Below are positions 39,405 to 47,742 of a stretch of 64,000 bases of DNA, piece by piece. This DNA is from an uncultured Thermoprotei archaeon. Lineage in GTDB: Archaea; Thermoproteota; Thermoprotei; QMSL01; B3-G16. Numbering within the stretch: the first letter of the stretch is position 1; every line of letters begins with the position of its first letter. The notes beneath the pieces were generated by a model that was not told where the DNA came from, made no database searches, and was given only the letters and a program-made list of their open reading frames with translations. The translations under genes were made by a program, and so were the position numbers. The DNA lies in contig CAZFCQ010000007.1 of the NCBI GenBank assembly GCA_964517845.1, positions 14,087 to 78,086 of the forward strand. The letters run 5' to 3'.

Positions 39405-40832
39405 TCAAAAATGCGAATTCCAAATTAAATATTTGGGAGCGTCTAAAAATTGTGCATAAACATTTATGCCCTTTTTCTTTAGTTTCTTCTTGAAAATTGA
39501 AGCATTTAAATCACTAACTAATGGTGCTGCTATGTAGACCCTTTCTAGCCCTTTTATCTGGGCTAATTTGATGGAGGCTGAAAGAGCATAGAGAAGCAAC
39601 TCTTTGTGTAACTTTTTATATTTACCTCCAGGAAGGGCTATATAGTCTATATAAAGTACATCATAGCCATCCTCATCTATACACTCAAATAACTTTACAT
39701 GACCAACTCTCTTATTGTTAATGAGAATTCTAAGAAACTCTGTGTATTCATCTTTTAGATACTTTGGCATTTCTTCTCTCCCTCGAACTATTAGAGAGAG
39801 ACATGTTCCAGAGTAATCGCCCATGAAAACATCACTAAAATCCCTCTCCCATAGCTTGAAAACTATGTTCCTTTTAGGTGTTAAATCAAGGAGCGCCTTA
39901 CTTTTAAGTCCCCTCCTTAAGAAGAATTCTTTTAATAGGTGAAGGATATTCACGGCATCTTTTTCAGTTAAATTTTTAAGGGCTATATTTAGATCCTCAT
40001 GGTTCCCTAGACTTGCTATGAGGTTCTTTATTTCATTAAGTTTGATCTTACTTTTCTTACCGATGGCCACTCTCTCAGCATCCTTAACTAATAATTTGAT
40101 ACACCTTTTAAGGTCGATACCATAGGGGAAGAGATCAATCCCTGCAGTAAAACGTATATTATTTTTCCTAGGCCTGACACTTTCTAAAAGTTGAAATATT
40201 TCATCAAGAAAGCATCTTCTAGCAGATTTAACTAGGAAAAATTTCTCCTTCTCACTAAGTTCATATAGATCAGTCTTATAGGTACTCTTAATTAGTAATT
40301 CAAAGGGACTAATTCTCCTAAGCTCTTCTGTAACTCTCTCTATTACTAGTTGTTCATTATTATTGGTTATTTCATTTCTTAAATGGGAAGCTAATAGCGA
40401 TATTCTTACCTTAGAGAAATTACTTCTACGCTTGAATGCTATCTTTAACATTAAAGAACATGCTTCATTAAGAGTTAAGAGTTTAAAGCTTCCTAGACAT
40501 CGGCCTGAAAGTCTAGGACCTACCATTTCTTTGAGCACATCAATGAAAAATTCTATAAAAAGGAGAAATTTAAATGGATAATCGCATCCTCGTATATAAC
40601 GTTCAGTAGCATACCGGTTAACATAGTAATAGTTTCCTTTAGAATCGACTATGCTAAGAATCGGAAAATCTTTTAATAAAATATCACAATTAAGAATGTT
40701 CCTAAGTACTTCGCCTACCCTAACCACTATATGAATCTTTCCCTCTATAGATAAAGGGTGAGGAGCATTAAGTTCTATAGCTCTTTCGTATTTCTTCATC
40801 CTTTTCTTGGGGAAGAGTAGAGCTTTTAACAT
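39405..40832 (-). CDS. Orphan protein with C-terminal GNAT/PcfJ-like domain
   Basis: WERDFSDVFMGDYSGTCL...VGHVKLF...LYIDYI...LA...GLERVYI pattern; N-terminus unrecognised. Confidence 0.55.
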   Translation of the reverse strand: MLKALLFPKKRMKKYERAIELNAPHPLSIEGKIHIVVRVGEVLRNILNCDILLKDFPILSIVDSKGNYYYVNRYATERYIRGCDYPFKFLLFIEFFIDVLKEMVGPRLSGRCLGSFKLLTLNEACSLMLKIAFKRRSNFSKVRISLLASHLRNEITNNNEQLVIERVTEELRRISPFELLIKSTYKTDLYELSEKEKFFLVKSARRCFLDEIFQLLESVRPRKNNIRFTAGIDLFPYGIDLKRCIKLLVKDAERVAIGKKSKIKLNEIKNLIASLGNHEDLNIALKNLTEKDAVNILHLLKEFFLRRGLKSKALLDLTPKRNIVFKLWERDFSDVFMGDYSGTCLSLIVRGREEMPKYLKDEYTEFLRILINNKRVGHVKLFECIDEDGYDVLYIDYIALPGGKYKKLHKELLLYALSASIKLAQIKGLERVYIAAPLVSDLNASIFKKKLKKKGINVYAQFLDAPKYLIWNSHF

Positions 40833-40969
40833 AAGCCTGAGGACCTCGGTTTAGAGTTGAATTCTCTAGAAAATTTACTATAAAATAAGCTAAAAACTCA
40901 TTTTAAATTATACTTTCTCAGAATATGAATGCCAATTTTATAGTGAATCGTGAATACGATATGAAATAG

Positions 40970-42382
40970 GTGAGGAGGATGAGGACTGTCTATGTGATAT
41001 TCCAGCTTGACACAGAAGACTTCATAACTCCTGAAACTGACAACGTAATAGTAGATCTAATCAAGATTTTCAATAGACACGGAATTAAGGGATCTTTTGC
41101 AATTGTTGGAGAGAAGGCTAGGGTCTTAGAACGTAGGAGAAGAAATGATGTAATAAAAGCCTTAAAAACTCAGGATATCGCGTATCAATCAAATTATCAT
41201 TCAGTTCATCCTACGATATCAGAATACCTAAGAGGTTTAGGTTGGGAAGATGGAGTAAAGGAAGTTATTAGAAGAGAGGAAGGGGGAATAAGGGATCTGA
41301 AAAGAATCTTTGGACAGTACCCTTCAGCTTTTATACAACCAGGTGGAAATTGGGCTCCTCAGGTGCCATATGCTATGAAGAAATTAGGAATACAGGTATA
41401 TGCAGATGGAATTTTTCTTCCACAACCTGTTTGGTTCTGTGGAATCCTAAGTATAAGGTATTCTCTCAGTTTTAACGAAAGGGAAGCTGGTACAGAAGAA
41501 CATCTTCAGATGATGAAGGAAAAATTCGAGGATATATATAATTCATTGAAAGATAAAGGAGGAGTAATAATCATAGTCTTACATCCCTGTATGTTATTAA
41601 CCAAGGAGTTTTGGGATGCCATTAATTTTGCAAAGGGAAATATGCCTAAGGAATTAAAAACTGCACCCTTAATCCCTGAAGACCTCTATAAGAGAAAATT
41701 AGCTAGGTTTGAAGAGTTTGTAGACTATATAACTAGGCACCCTAATGTAAAGGTCATAACATTTAGAGAATTACCATCTCTTTACGAAGAAGAGAATGTA
41801 GAATTAAATATTGATGAGATGGAAATCTTAGCTAAGAAGGTGCTGGATAAACATTCTTTTCATATAATAAATAGAAAGTCGATCTCCCTAGCCGATGCTT
41901 TTTATGTATTTAGTTATGCTTTAAAGGAGTATAAAGATAAAGGAGTAATCCCTCGTAAAGTAAGGACATATACACTCCTAGGCCCTGTAGAGAGACCTCC
42001 AGAAATAAGAGAACATGTTAAAGTTAGAATAGGTGATGTAGTCAACCTAGCGAAAGAAGTCTACTTCAATATAGTAAAGAGTGGAGTTATCCCTAGTGCA
42101 ATAAAGATTAATAATAAAGTGATTGGTCCTTTGTCCTTTCTATGTGCTATGGCGCAGACTTTTCTATTGCTTTTAAAGGGAGAGAACACTGAAAAGGAGT
42201 TAGAGATTATAAGTACAGATGAAAAACCGAAATTTGAGGGTTATGATCTCGTTAGAAGAGTATGTAGTCAGTGGAGATGGATTGTGTTCCCTAAAGATTT
42301 CCACTCTGAAAGGATATTAGAGCTCACTATACTTCAATCGTGGACATTAAAGCCAGCGATAATGAAAGAGCTGAAAGATTAA
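40970..42382 (+). CDS. Polysaccharide deacetylase-fold (NodB/CE4-like) protein
   Basis: QLDTED, HSVH, QPGG and LHP motifs. Confidence 0.65.
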   Translation: MRRMRTVYVIFQLDTEDFITPETDNVIVDLIKIFNRHGIKGSFAIVGEKARVLERRRRNDVIKALKTQDIAYQSNYHSVHPTISEYLRGLGWEDGVKEVIRREEGGIRDLKRIFGQYPSAFIQPGGNWAPQVPYAMKKLGIQVYADGIFLPQPVWFCGILSIRYSLSFNEREAGTEEHLQMMKEKFEDIYNSLKDKGGVIIIVLHPCMLLTKEFWDAINFAKGNMPKELKTAPLIPEDLYKRKLARFEEFVDYITRHPNVKVITFRELPSLYEEENVELNIDEMEILAKKVLDKHSFHIINRKSISLADAFYVFSYALKEYKDKGVIPRKVRTYTLLGPVERPPEIREHVKVRIGDVVNLAKEVYFNIVKSGVIPSAIKINNKVIGPLSFLCAMAQTFLLLLKGENTEKELEIISTDEKPKFEGYDLVRRVCSQWRWIVFPKDFHSERILELTILQSWTLKPAIMKELKD

Positions 42383-42389
42383 AAGGCCT

Positions 42390-43100
42390 CTAAGCGCCTT
42401 TTTCCCATAACTTCTTCCTCTCTTCATACTCATCTCTAGAACCTATGACCTTTGCAGGTACGCCAACTACTACAGCCTTAGGAGGGACATCTTTGGTTAC
42501 AACAGCTCCTGCGCCAACGACAGCATATTCTCCTACCTTTATTCCAGCTATTAGTATAGCGCCAGATCCTATCACTGCACCCCTGCCTATTGTAACTCCT
42601 CTTAGTTTACTACTAGGGGGGTATTTATCATTAGTCACTCTAACATGTGGACCTAAGAATACATTATCCTCTACAATAGTGAGGTGGGGGAGATAAACTC
42701 CTGTCTGAATACTAACATTTTTGCCTACTTTTACTATACCATCAAGCACAGAAAATGAGCCTATTTTACTTCCCTCACCAACAACGGAGTGTTCTCTTAT
42801 TAGAACTTTATGGCCTGTCTCTACATTATTGCCTATTTTGACACCTTCGTATATGATAGAATCGCTTCTAATTATACAGAACTTTCCTATAGTGACTCCC
42901 TCGCTTACTTTATCCAGTATTTGAAAATCAATGCTCTTTCCTTCTCTAATTAGATTTAATATCTTTGATCTTATAGGATATCCCAATACTACGTTATGGC
43001 CTATGATAGTTCCATCGCCTATAGAAGTAGTGCCTAGCACTATGTGATCTCCCTCAAATAATGCATTACTTATACTAGCTCTTGGGGATAAGAAGTTCAT
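42390..43100 (-). CDS. Hexapeptide-repeat N-acetyltransferase (WbpD/WxcM-like)
   Basis: Left-handed beta-helix repeats, TNDKYP and VGAGAVVTKDVP. Confidence 0.88.
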   Translation of the reverse strand: MNFLSPRASISNALFEGDHIVLGTTSIGDGTIIGHNVVLGYPIRSKILNLIREGKSIDFQILDKVSEGVTIGKFCIIRSDSIIYEGVKIGNNVETGHKVLIREHSVVGEGSKIGSFSVLDGIVKVGKNVSIQTGVYLPHLTIVEDNVFLGPHVRVTNDKYPPSSKLRGVTIGRGAVIGSGAILIAGIKVGEYAVVGAGAVVTKDVPPKAVVVGVPAKVIGSRDEYEERKKLWEKGA

Positions 43101-44205
43101 TTAGATCACCTATCTCGTGAAGAAAATATCTCTCAAGTTTGTCTATTAAAGCCTTACGTGCTTTTCTATGTTCCTTAAGCTTTCTTATTAAGGCATCTGC
43201 TAATATGGATTTACAATAACCACAGAGGATGTTACCGTTCTTACAAGCTAAGAAGTGTTCTTTTAGCTTTTTATCATCATCAATTATATAAGCATTTAAC
43301 CATTCAAAGACGACACATTTCTCAGGTTCACCTCCTAATAGGCGTTGTTCCTTGACTGTAGCGCGTCCTCCTGTAAGAGCACGCCATACTTTCTTTCGTA
43401 TGATCTCAGGATTATCTGTGGTAAATATGCAAGTTTCAGGTCTTGAAGCTGACATTGGTTCACCAGTTAGTCCTCTTACATATATGGAATAGATTGCAGC
43501 GGGCTTTATTACATTTATTTTCTCAGCGACATCACGCGTAAGTCGCATGTAAGGATCCTGATCTGCACCTATAGGAACTAAGACTGGTGTTCCTTTGTCT
43601 AAGGTAGGCATGAGTATATGAGCAGCTTGTACTGCTGCATAAAAAACAGTACCAGCATTAGTGCTATCTGTTAAACCGAATGTAGCTTTAACGGTATTAT
43701 ATGTAAGATACCTTGATAGGTATGTAGCATGTTCGTAGACTTTCTGTAAACGAGTAGAGATGTATAAAAATGTCTTACCTTCTTTAAAGCCTAGAGCTAG
43801 GATGTCAAGTGCATTATCTAAAGCATACTTATGAGCTTCATTCAAATCTTTTACTTTTCCAAAGACATATTTTTCGTCATCTGATAGTGGTATATAAATA
43901 CTTGCATTAAGTGTATCTTGAAGCCATTTTATAAAGTCAAAGAGCATTAAATGTCCTAGGTGCATATAATTAGAAGGGCCTCTGCCTGAGACTATTGAAA
44001 CATCATGTTCTTTCTCATGATATTCGAGATAGAAGTCTAAATCTCTGTGAGCAAAGAAGAATTTCCTTCTTAAGAATTTATGAGGTTTCTTGAATTTAGA
44101 TAGTAGATTGTCCGTTATAGGTTCAGCTCCAAATTCTTTTATTAACCTATCATAGTCTGCTTTTTTCTCAAGCGCTGTTCCTTCACTTATACCAAAGGTG
44201 GTCAC
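43075..44205 (-). CDS. trpS: Tryptophan--tRNA ligase
   Basis: GRGPS..MHLGH, GADQDPY, MSAS and ALTGGR motifs. Confidence 0.95.
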   Translation of the reverse strand: MTTFGISEGTALEKKADYDRLIKEFGAEPITDNLLSKFKKPHKFLRRKFFFAHRDLDFYLEYHEKEHDVSIVSGRGPSNYMHLGHLMLFDFIKWLQDTLNASIYIPLSDDEKYVFGKVKDLNEAHKYALDNALDILALGFKEGKTFLYISTRLQKVYEHATYLSRYLTYNTVKATFGLTDSTNAGTVFYAAVQAAHILMPTLDKGTPVLVPIGADQDPYMRLTRDVAEKINVIKPAAIYSIYVRGLTGEPMSASRPETCIFTTDNPEIIRKKVWRALTGGRATVKEQRLLGGEPEKCVVFEWLNAYIIDDDKKLKEHFLACKNGNILCGYCKSILADALIRKLKEHRKARKALIDKLERYFLHEIGDLNELLIPKS

Positions 44206-44292
44206 CCAAGTTGTACACCTCCATAGATATGGATCTAGAACTAACGTATTATTTAAGTGAAACTATTTATTTAAATAATTACGTGTGAAGAT

Positions 44293-44979
44293 ATGTCTGA
44301 GGAAAGAGCAGGGTTTATCAAGAAGAGCTATCTCCTTCTTAGATATCCTATAAGAGGTTTTAAAGTTCTAAGTCGGGAAAGCGACTACTTAGGTCTTTTA
44401 GTTTATGGTGGCTTAATTGTTATCCTAATTTGTATAGTGGAATATGTAAGGTATACTAAGATAATCAACTGCCTCAGTGCTGTCTTTGGAGGCAATATCT
44501 CCGAGGCTACAAGAGGCATTCTCATAAGCAATATACTTCCTATGCTATTCTTTATTCTGATAAGCCTAAGTGGATACTTCTTGACAATAATAGCTATAGC
44601 ATATTTAATGAATAGGTATGTATTCAAGAAGAGGATAGCCTTCTCGTTGTTAATATCGTCATTAGGGTATATTCAGCTATATATGTTGTTTTTTACATTA
44701 GCAACATTAGTAGTCGCTTTAATAATGCCCTCTCTTTATAATGTCACAGTATATCCTGGAACTTATGGTGTAGTAGGAGCGCTAATTAGGGATTATGCTT
44801 CACAACCAGAGATACAAAGCTATTACATTATAGGTCAGACAATATCAAAGAGCAGTTATCTAGTAATAACAGCAATATTCTTAACTTCCTTAAGATGGAT
44901 AAATAAGAATAACTGGGAAGAAATACTAATAATGAGTTTCCTATCTGTACCTATCTACTTATTCCTATGGGGACTATAA
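44293..44979 (+). CDS. Multi-pass membrane protein (Yip1-like)
   Basis: LLRYP..GF N-terminus and about 5 TM helices. Confidence 0.5.
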   Translation: MSEERAGFIKKSYLLLRYPIRGFKVLSRESDYLGLLVYGGLIVILICIVEYVRYTKIINCLSAVFGGNISEATRGILISNILPMLFFILISLSGYFLTIIAIAYLMNRYVFKKRIAFSLLISSLGYIQLYMLFFTLATLVVALIMPSLYNVTVYPGTYGVVGALIRDYASQPEIQSYYIIGQTISKSSYLVITAIFLTSLRWINKNNWEEILIMSFLSVPIYLFLWGL

Positions 44980-45075
44980 CGTGATAATGAATATTGATTT
45001 TAGAACAATTATCCTATAAGAGAATTGCATTTTCTATAAAATGAGGGTTTTCTCGATGAGGCAACATTTGTCGAT

Positions 45076-45702
45076 TCATTCGTGTAACCAAGTTAATACT
45101 TGAGCTTCACTAACAAAGAATCTTCTAAGACTATATTTTCTAGCGACCTCGTTAAGAGCTAGCATCATTACGCGATTGCCTCCAGATAGGTCGCAGAATA
45201 TCTCATAATCACGGACTAGATCTCTGATTTTATTGTTAATGACCTCATAGCAGGCTCTGTACTCAGATGAATCTACAAGGAGTAGCGTAGGTTCTAAATC
45301 ACTAAGCTCTTCCATGTGTTTATTCCCTTCTTCATCAGATATTATAAGTACTTTTCTAGGTGAGAGATTAAGAAGATCTAAGGAGTTTCTAATTATCTGT
45401 GGTGAGTCAACTTTAGAAAGGAGACCAACATAACAGGGATCTGCTTTTATTCCCAAGAATGCCCTTAAAGGTTGAATCCATTCAGGTTTTACACGCACTA
45501 TTACAGCACGTCCTTCATGTCTTCTTTCTATGATCCCTTTTCTTTCTAATAGTATGCTATTCTGATGTAATGCTGCTGAAGCCCTATATCTAACGAGTTT
45601 TTGCACTTCAGAACTTAAATCAGCTAATCTTATCTCTCCGGATCGTTCGATAGCACGCTTAAGTATTAATTGCTGTATGGGAGGAAGACTTTCAAGCAAC
45701 AT
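45076..45702 (-). CDS. Winged-HTH plus C-terminal CARF-domain transcriptional regulator
   Basis: LERKGIIERRHEGR wing; CARF beta1 YVGLLS..SP and signature DLSGGNRVM. Confidence 0.72.
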   Translation of the reverse strand: MLLESLPPIQQLILKRAIERSGEIRLADLSSEVQKLVRYRASAALHQNSILLERKGIIERRHEGRAVIVRVKPEWIQPLRAFLGIKADPCYVGLLSKVDSPQIIRNSLDLLNLSPRKVLIISDEEGNKHMEELSDLEPTLLLVDSSEYRACYEVINNKIRDLVRDYEIFCDLSGGNRVMMLALNEVARKYSLRRFFVSEAQVLTWLHE

Positions 45703-45824
45703 TCATATGACACCTTCCATATTGTATAAACTAGACAGGAGTTTATCTCAGTAGGTTAAGAATCATATCTTAATGATAAATACTTCGCTACTAATTAATA
45801 AACGACAAAGATACGAGAAAGTGA

Positions 45825-45960
45825 TGGTCCCCGGGGCGGGATTTGAACCCGCGACCACCCGGTATCTGCCCAAGCTGACGCGTGCTCATCTATCCCATAG
45901 GAGGGTTATCGCACGCGCGGAAACTACAGCCGGGCGCTCTGCCAGCTGAGCTACCCGGGG
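45825..45960 (-). tRNA. tRNA-Tyr(GUA) with a 60-nt intron at position 37/38 (45864-45923) and encoded CCA
   Basis: Acceptor CCCCGGG/CCCGGGG, C1-G72 and A73, anticodon GTA, GTTCAAATC T-loop, BHB CUGU/GCAG with AGU and AUA bulges. Confidence 0.96.
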
Positions 45961-46008
45961 ATTGCTGGCTATTAAGAAATATACTTAGAGGAGTTTAAAG
46001 TTTTTCGA

Positions 46009-46293
46009 TCATTGTTTCTCTAGTTCTTTTCTTAGTTTCTCTAGTTTTTCCTTAACATCTTCAGTTATATCTTCAAGTGGCTTGGGGGGAGGGGTGGTAA
46101 TCATAATCCACCCTATCCAAGTAGCTACAAATGCTACTATCAGCACTATAAGATATACAGGTATCGCTATAGCCCACCACTTTAATTGTTCCCATTTCGA
46201 GAAGAAGATGATCCATGTATATCCAAGGGAGAGTAGGAGGCCGCTTACAAAAAGAAAAGTACCAATTATCCTATCTAATCGCAAGATCATCAC
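46009..46293 (-). CDS. Small 2-TM protein resembling DPM2
   Basis: D.IIG...YTW...AIAIP...WIGWIM..TPPPKP pattern. Confidence 0.55.
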   Translation of the reverse strand: MMILRLDRIIGTFLFVSGLLLSLGYTWIIFFSKWEQLKWWAIAIPVYLIVLIVAFVATWIGWIMITTPPPKPLEDITEDVKEKLEKLRKELEKQ

Positions 46294-46391
46294 CTTAATC
46301 AGGGGGGCTAAAGTTTCATCTAATGTTGATATAAGCCATTAAGTGCTAATATTTATACTTTATCAAGAGAAAGCTTATTAGTGAGTAAACA

Positions 46392-47174
46392 ATGCTAAGG
46401 CGTCTCTTAGAATTACTAGGAATATATAGAATATACGAATATTGGCTTTGGAGGCAGGTAAAAGATGGAAGTATGCCTTCGCATGTTGCATTGATATTAG
46501 ATGGTAATCGAAGATGGGCAAAAAAGAAGGGATTACCTCCGTGGTTTGGACATCGTAAAGGTGCTGAAAAGGTGGAAGATGTATTAAAATGGTGTCTGGA
46601 TCTTGGGATTAGAACGGTCACGCTTTATGTATTTTCAACTGAGAACTTCCATAGGCCAAAGCAAGAAGTCCTAGAGCTGATGAGATTATTTGAAGAATAT
46701 CTAAGTAAACTTCTAGAAGATGAAACAATACATAAGAATGAAGTAAGGATTAAAGCATTAGGTAGAACATACTTATTACCAGTTAGAATTCAAAAGCTTC
46801 TTCAACAAATAGAGCGACGAACTGAAAAGTATAACAAATTCTTTCTTAACATAGCTATAGCGTACGGAGGAAGAGCTGAAATAACTGATGCTATAAGGAG
46901 AATAGCTAGAGATGTTAAAGAGGGTATGATAAAATTAAATGATATAAACGAGAAACTTATTGAGAGATACTTATATACTGCACACTTACCTAATCCAGAA
47001 CCTGATCTGATAATAAGGACAAGCGGAGAGGAGAGACTTAGCGGTTTTCTCTTATGGCAAAGTGCCTATAGTGAATTATGTTTTCTTGATGTTTATTGGC
47101 CTGATTTCAGAAGAATAGACTTTTTGAGAGCAATAAGGACGTATCAGAAAAGAGAGAGGAGATACGGAAGGTAA
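46392..47174 (+). CDS. uppS: cis-polyprenyl diphosphate synthase
   Basis: ILDGNRRWA, FSTENF.R and IRTSGEERLSGFLLWQ motifs. Confidence 0.96.
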   Translation: MLRRLLELLGIYRIYEYWLWRQVKDGSMPSHVALILDGNRRWAKKKGLPPWFGHRKGAEKVEDVLKWCLDLGIRTVTLYVFSTENFHRPKQEVLELMRLFEEYLSKLLEDETIHKNEVRIKALGRTYLLPVRIQKLLQQIERRTEKYNKFFLNIAIAYGGRAEITDAIRRIARDVKEGMIKLNDINEKLIERYLYTAHLPNPEPDLIIRTSGEERLSGFLLWQSAYSELCFLDVYWPDFRRIDFLRAIRTYQKRERRYGR

Positions 47175-47268
47175 ACTACAGTTAAGGCTAACTATGATGT
47201 ATACTTCATCCCCGCTCAAAAAGTATATATTGTTCAGATTATGGAGAGAATAAAGAGAGGTGTAAAAA

Positions 47269-47694
47269 TTGGCTATGGATCTATTAACATTTAAATCACT
47301 TGCAGATTTCATAAAGTACATTGAAAGTCTAATTGAGAGTACAAGACAGCAATTAAGTGAGCACTTACGTCGTTATGATGAAATAAAAACTAGAGCTGAG
47401 AGGATACGAAATATAGAAGAAGTTTTTAGTAAGATACTAGGAACCAAGCCTGAAGCAGTTAATGAAATTGATCTTAAAGGATTAAAGATCATCATAGGAG
47501 CACGACCTACAGATGAGGAACGTGTTTTAAGCGAAGTCATAAAATCACTACAAGATAGGTTAAACGTATTAATGCGAATTAGAAAATTAATAGAGCCATT
47601 AGCTAGAAGTCTAGGTGAAATGTCAGGAATGATCATAATGGTCGAGACTATGAATGCTATACCTATCAAAGTGCTTTTGAAGGAAGAGACCTAG
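47269..47694 (+). CDS. Conserved archaeal coiled-coil protein
   Basis: Helix-beta hairpin-helix pattern; GAGGTG RBS. Confidence 0.6.
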   Translation: MAMDLLTFKSLADFIKYIESLIESTRQQLSEHLRRYDEIKTRAERIRNIEEVFSKILGTKPEAVNEIDLKGLKIIIGARPTDEERVLSEVIKSLQDRLNVLMRIRKLIEPLARSLGEMSGMIIMVETMNAIPIKVLLKEET

Positions 47695-47695
47695 A

Positions 47696-47723
47696 ATAAA
47701 CTTTAAACTAGTTTAAAGTTTAT
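47696..47723. repeat. Perfect 28-bp palindrome overlapping a TATA-like element
   Basis: ATAAACTTTAAACT|AGTTTAAAGTTTAT. Confidence 0.9.
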
Positions 47724-47742
47724 AATAGTTTGGGAGTGCGGA

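Noticed and set aside
45825..45960. tRNA-Tyr as an integration site for a mobile element
   Set aside because: No integrase and no duplicated tRNA end were seen in the window
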